Assembly (NCBI GenBank): GCA_963836075.1
Contig: CAWIIB010000001.1
Location: forward strand, 1,568,001 to 1,632,000
From: an uncultured Acidobacteriota bacterium
GTDB taxonomy: Bacteria; Acidobacteriota; JAQAZP01
Length of the DNA: 64,000 nucleotides
Direction of reading: 5' to 3'
Numbering within the stretch: the first letter of the stretch is position 1; every line of letters begins with the position of its first letter. The position numbers and the translations under genes were made by a program. Shown here piece after piece: positions 59,581 through 64,000 of the stretch. A model generated the notes under the pieces. The model was not told the DNA's origin. It saw only the letters and a list, made by a program, of their open reading frames with translations, and made no database searches.

Positions 59581-62560
59581 ATGAGCGCGAATCGCCCACT
59601 GACCATCATTTTTGCACTGCTGATATCGATCTGCCTGGTGAACGGCGCCACCGCCGACCAGGTGTGGGTCTCCACCGGCGCCCAGGGACAGCCGGTTTTC
59701 GGTGAGACCGGCGAAGCGGCCGGACCGCAGGTCCTGGTAACGGCATCCGACGCCTCCTCGATCCTGCTGGATGTGGACGTTCCCGGCTTCAGCATCGTGA
59801 GGCAGAAGACCAGGGGCGGCGATTTCCTCGTCCTCAACTGGCCCGACGCTGCCGCCGCCGGTGCGGTGGGCTCCCCCATGCTGCCGGTGGTCCGCGAACT
59901 GTTCCTCGCACCCCACGGGGCCGAGGTCAACGTCAGTGTCCAGGCGGGCCTGCCGCTGGTGATCGACGCCCAGGCCCTGGGCTTCGACTTCCGGGTCATG
60001 CCGCGCCAGGCGCCGGTGCCCAAGATCAAGGGCGCTTTTGCCAACGCCCCCTTCGCCTATGACGCGGCGGTCTACAGCACCGCCGGCCAGCTGCCCCTGC
60101 AGCAGGCCACGGTGACCGAGCTGGGCACCGCCCGCGGCCAGCGGCTGATGCTGCTGGAAGTCTCCCCGCTGGTCTACAACCCGGCGGCGGGACGGATCGC
60201 CTACACCCCGCAGATCAGCGTGCAGATCGACTTCCAGGGCGGCAGCACCGAAACATCCGCCCTGCGGCCCCTGCCCGGCCTGCTGGACAACGTGCTCAAC
60301 CCCGACCTGTCCGGCTACCAGCACGACGCGCTGCGCGGCACCGGCAACTACCTGGTGATCGCGGCTTCTACCCTTTCCGGCCACGCCAAGCTGACCGAGT
60401 TCGTCAATGCCAAGACCGCCCAGGGATTCACCGTCAGCACCTACAGCGTGCCGGGCGGCACCTCGAACACCGCCATCAAGTCCTACATCTCCGGTCTGTG
60501 GGGCGGCGCCAACTCGCCGGACTACATCCTGCTGGTGGGCGACAGCAACACCATCCCCGGCTGGACCGGCGGCGGCGACGGCAGCCCCTACACCGACCTG
60601 CCCTATGCCTGCATGGACGCCGGCGACGACTGGACCCCGGACATCGCCATCGGCCGTTTCCCGGCCGATGACGGCGCCGAACTGACCGTCCTCGTGGACA
60701 AGACCCTCAGCTTCGACAACGGCGTCTTTGCCGATGCCGAGTACACCGCCCGGGCCTGCTTCATGGCCTCGGTGGACAACTACACGGTGAGCGAGGGGAC
60801 CCATAACTACGTGGTGAGCAACCACATGGACCCCAACGGCATCGTCTCGGAGAAGCTCTACCAGGTGACCTACGGCGCCACCACCCAGGACGTGCGCGAC
60901 GCCTTCAACGACGGCAAACTCTACGGTTGTTACAGCGGCCACGGCGCCACCACCTACTGGGCTGACGGGCCGGAGTTCCACCAGAGCGACATCAACAACC
61001 TGAGCAACTACCAGATGTACTCCTGGGTGCTCAGCTTCGCCTGCATCACCGGCACCTACAACATCGACGAGTGCTTCATGGAGACCTGGGTCCTGGCCGC
61101 GGACAAGGGTGCGGTTGCCGCCTGGGGTTCCAGCGTCAACAGCTACTGGACCGAGGACGACGTGCTGGAGAAACGGCTCTTCGACGTGCTGTGGGATGAC
61201 GACGTGCGCGAACTGGGCCCGCTCTACAACACCACGAAGATCGTCTACGCCGGCGAGATGGGCAGCGGATCCTTCACCCGCCGCTACTTCGAGATGTACA
61301 ACCACATGGGCGACCCGGCCCTCTTCATCCCCTACGCCATCCAGACGGCGATGACGGTCACCCCCAACAGCGCCTTTGAGTCCGAAGGGCAGAGCGGTGG
61401 CCCCTTCACTCCGACCAGCAAGGTCTACACCATCGAGAACACCGGGGTCACCGGCTTCAACTACACGGTGAGCAAGACCCAGAGCTGGGTCACTCTCTCC
61501 TCCACCAGCGGCTACCTGACGGCCGGCGCCACGGCCAACATCACCGCCTCGATCAACTCCGCGGCCGACTCGCTGGCCGACGGCGGCTACACCGACACCA
61601 TCTCCTTCGTAAACACCACCAACCATGACGGCGACACTGCCCGCAGCGTCAACCTCCAGGTGGGCGTGCCGGTGATGCAGTACCGAGTGGAACATGGACA
61701 CCAACCCCGGCTGGACCACGGCCGGCCAGTGGGCCTACGGATCCCCCACCGGCGGCGGCGGTGCCTACGGCAACCCCGACCCCACCAGCGGCGCCACCGG
61801 CCCCAACGTCTACGGCTACAACCTTGCCGGCGACTACGCCAACAGCATGTCCGAGACGCACCTCACCTCCACGGCCATCGACTGCACCGACCTGGCCGAC
61901 GTCAGCCTGCGCTTCCAGCGCTACCTCAACGTGGAGACGCCGAGTTACGACCACGCCTACGTGCGGGTAAGCAACAACGGCTCCAGCTGGACCACGGTCT
62001 GGGAGAACACGTCTGAAGTGACCGACTCGTCCTGGTCCATGGTGGAGTATGACATCTCCGACGTTGCCGACGGTGAGTCCACCGTCTACCTCCGCTGGAC
62101 CATGGGCACCACCGATTCCAGCTGGACCTACAGCGGATGGAACATCGACGACGTGCAGATATACGCCCTCGGCGGCGGCACCGTGGTGCCCACCGACACC
62201 GTGGAAGTGGCCATCGGCTGCACCCCGGACAGCGGCGTGCTGCCCTTCGCCACCCAGATGGCGGTGTCGCTGAGCAACCTGACCACCGAGAACCGCCGGG
62301 CCGCCGGCCGGATCGACATGGTGATCGGCAACGGCAGCTCGTACACCAACTGGCGTGCCGGCTGGACCAATCTCAGCAGCGGCGAAGTCTACAGCAACAT
62401 GTGGACCCAGAACCTGCCGGGCCTGGCGTCCATGGTGGGCAACAACGTCTTCACCCTGACCGGTGTTGACGTGACTCCCGCTCCTTACAACCAGCCGCCC
62501 TTCGCGCCTTCCGGCGACACTCACACCGACGCCTGCACGGTGGTGGCCACGGCCCCCTGA
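59581..62560 (+). CDS. Secreted gingipain-like C25 cysteine peptidase (propeptide, C25, BACON-like, beta-sandwich, module A) with an apparent +1 frameshift at 61683-61684
   Basis: GGAGGAG RBS, signal peptide, YILLVGD, TDLPY, IGRFP, YSGHG (His), SFAC (Cys) and MGDP. Removing one C gives VPVMQYEWNMDTNPGW and a 992-aa protein. Confidence 0.88.
62195..62560 (+). repeat. C-terminal module A, copy 4 (divergent)
   Basis: GCTPDSGVLPF...NWRAGWTN...DVTPAPYNQPPFAPSGDT...ATAP. Confidence 0.9.
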
Positions 62561-62592
62561 CCTTGTGGGCTGAAAGTTGAATCGATAAACCT

Positions 62593-62623
62593 GGCCCGGG
62601 AGCAAAATCCCGGGCCTTTTTTT
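62593..62623 (+). terminator. Rho-independent terminator
   Basis: GGCCCGGGA-gcaaaa-TCCCGGGCC followed by T7. Confidence 0.88.
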
Positions 62624-62829
62624 GCGGTCATGACGAGGAGCCGTTATCAACTTCCAGTTGATTTTTTTTCGGGCGTGCGCAAGCAGGTCGACGTCACTGA
62701 ACCATGCTCCTGGTCAAGACTCATCCCTTTCACATGGAAAGACTTAGACTCTGGTGCAGGGTTGGTCCGGACCACCTTAAATATATCATCCCAGTAGGCT
62801 TTCAGGTGATAAACTGGCCGCTGTTTTGA

Positions 62830-62858
62830 TTGACAAATCCTTTGATTGCGTTTATTTA
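62830..62858 (+). promoter_or_regulatory. Sigma70-type promoter of C25 protease 2
   Basis: TTGACA-N17-TATTTA. Confidence 0.7.
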
Positions 62859-62875
62859 AAAGATGTATCAGAAGA

Positions 62876-62948
62876 ACTGCCATGCTGGAGGCGTCGGCAT
62901 TCAGGCGGCCGCTCCTCCCGGTTTTTCACTCCCTGCCTGAGGTGAGAG
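62876..62948 (+). promoter_or_regulatory. Conserved structured 5' leader element, copy 2
   Basis: ACTGCCATGC...TCAGGCGG...CGGTTTTTC...CTGCCTGAGGTGAGAG. Confidence 0.5.
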
Positions 62949-63068
62949 TTCTCATATCACCTGAATAAAAAGAATCCATCAAAAAGCACGTTAATGTTCG
63001 GGGATGCTGACGCGGCATGGCAGCGGAGCACCAGATCCCCGGAGAGGCCGCACCCTGGAGGAGTTCTG

Positions 63069-64000
63069 ATGACCGCGCACCGCACACTGATCGTCATGAT
63101 CGCTCTGCTGGCATCGTTCTGCCTGATCAGCAGCAACGCCGGCGCCACCCAGATCTGGGCCACCACGTCCGATGAGGGGACCGCCGCCCTGAAAGAGATG
63201 AGCATCGCCACTGCTCCCGAGGTGGACGTCCTGTCCGCCGACGAATCTGGCATGCGTCTCGACATCCGGGTACCCGGATTCTCACTGGACCTGCAGAAGA
63301 CCAGGGGCGGCGAGTTTCTCGTCCTCGGCTGGCCCGAAGCGGCTCCCTCGGGCGCGCTGGGCGCTCCTGCCCTGCCGGTGGTCCGCGAACTCTTCCTCGC
63401 GCCCCTCGGCGCCGCGGTCTCGGTGCAGGTGAACGCGGGCGATCCGATCCGGGTGGATGCGGACCTGCTGGGTCATGACTTCCGGGTGATGCCGCGACAG
63501 GCCCCGGTGCCCAAGCTCCCCGGTGCGTTTTCCAGCGCCCGTTTCGAGTTTGACGCACAGGCCTACGGTTCGAGCCAACTCCCCGCAGAACGGGCCCTGG
63601 TCACCGAGCTGGGCATCTTCCGCGGCCAGCGCCTGATGCTTCTCGAGGTCTCCCCCCTGGCCTACAACGCCAGGGACCAGCGGATCGCCTTCTGGCCTGC
63701 CATGAACGTACAGGTCAGTTTCCAGGGCGGCACTGCAGCCAAAAGCACGCTGCGGCCCCTGCCCGGCCTGCTGGACAACGTGCTCAACCCCGAACTTGCC
63801 GGTGAGCAGACCGCCATGCGCGGCACCGGCAATTACCTGGTGATCGTGGCCGAAACCTTTGCCGCCCACGCCAAGATGACCGAGTTCATCAACGCCAAGA
63901 CGGCCCAGGGCTTCACCGTCAGCACCTACTCCGTACCGGCGGGAACCGCCAACACGGTGATCAAGACCTATATCGAGGGTCTCTACGGCGGCGCCAGTTC
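63069..64000 (+). CDS. Second gingipain-like C25 peptidase paralog (runs off the window end)
   Basis: GGAGGAG RBS and ATG 63069. Signal peptide MTAHRTLIVMIALLASFCLISSNAGA. Colinear with the 59581 gene (KTRGGEFLVL, FRVMPRQAPVPK, RGTGNYLVI). Absent from the ORF track because it has no stop in the window. Confidence 0.88.
   Translation, partial: MTAHRTLIVMIALLASFCLISSNAGATQIWATTSDEGTAALKEMSIATAPEVDVLSADESGMRLDIRVPGFSLDLQKTRGGEFLVLGWPEAAPSGALGAPALPVVRELFLAPLGAAVSVQVNAGDPIRVDADLLGHDFRVMPRQAPVPKLPGAFSSARFEFDAQAYGSSQLPAERALVTELGIFRGQRLMLLEVSPLAYNARDQRIAFWPAMNVQVSFQGGTAAKSTLRPLPGLLDNVLNPELAGEQTAMRGTGNYLVIVAETFAAHAKMTEFINAKTAQGFTVSTYSVPAGTANTVIKTYIEGLYGGAS

Overview
GC-rich bacterial chromosomal window with no rRNA, tRNA, CRISPR array, integrase or transposase detected. 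It is rich in large signal-peptide-bearing proteins. The main result is that seven unrelated exported proteins end in one of two shared terminal modules. Module A is a ~122-aa C-terminal domain (C[ST]PxxGVLPF...NWRAGxTN...DVTPAPYNQPP[YF]xP[AS]GDT...AP-COOH) on three beta-propeller proteins and a gingipain-like C25 protease. These cargo types typically carry a T9SS/FlgD-type C-terminal domain, so module A is a candidate new sorting or anchoring signal. Module B is a ~335-aa six-repeat G[AP]GPGAVFGPHVRGW FG-GAP-like propeller on a clostripain, an FG-GAP protein and a VPS10/BNR protein. Other notable items: an orphan RiPP-precursor-like peptide with a YLKPDI leader; an M1 peptidase homolog lacking all zinc ligands; a conserved promoter plus structured 5' leader in front of two tandem C25 proteases; a lipoprotein apparently starting at AUC; and an ArnT/DegT/GT9/DprE1-like surface-modification cluster. 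Ordinary genes include mutY, lemA/DUF2207, mtgA, a TolC-MFP-RND operon and sensor proteins. Four +1 frameshifts in homopolymer runs between 56.4 and 61.7 kb are probably sequencing errors. All family assignments are from motif recognition, not database searches.
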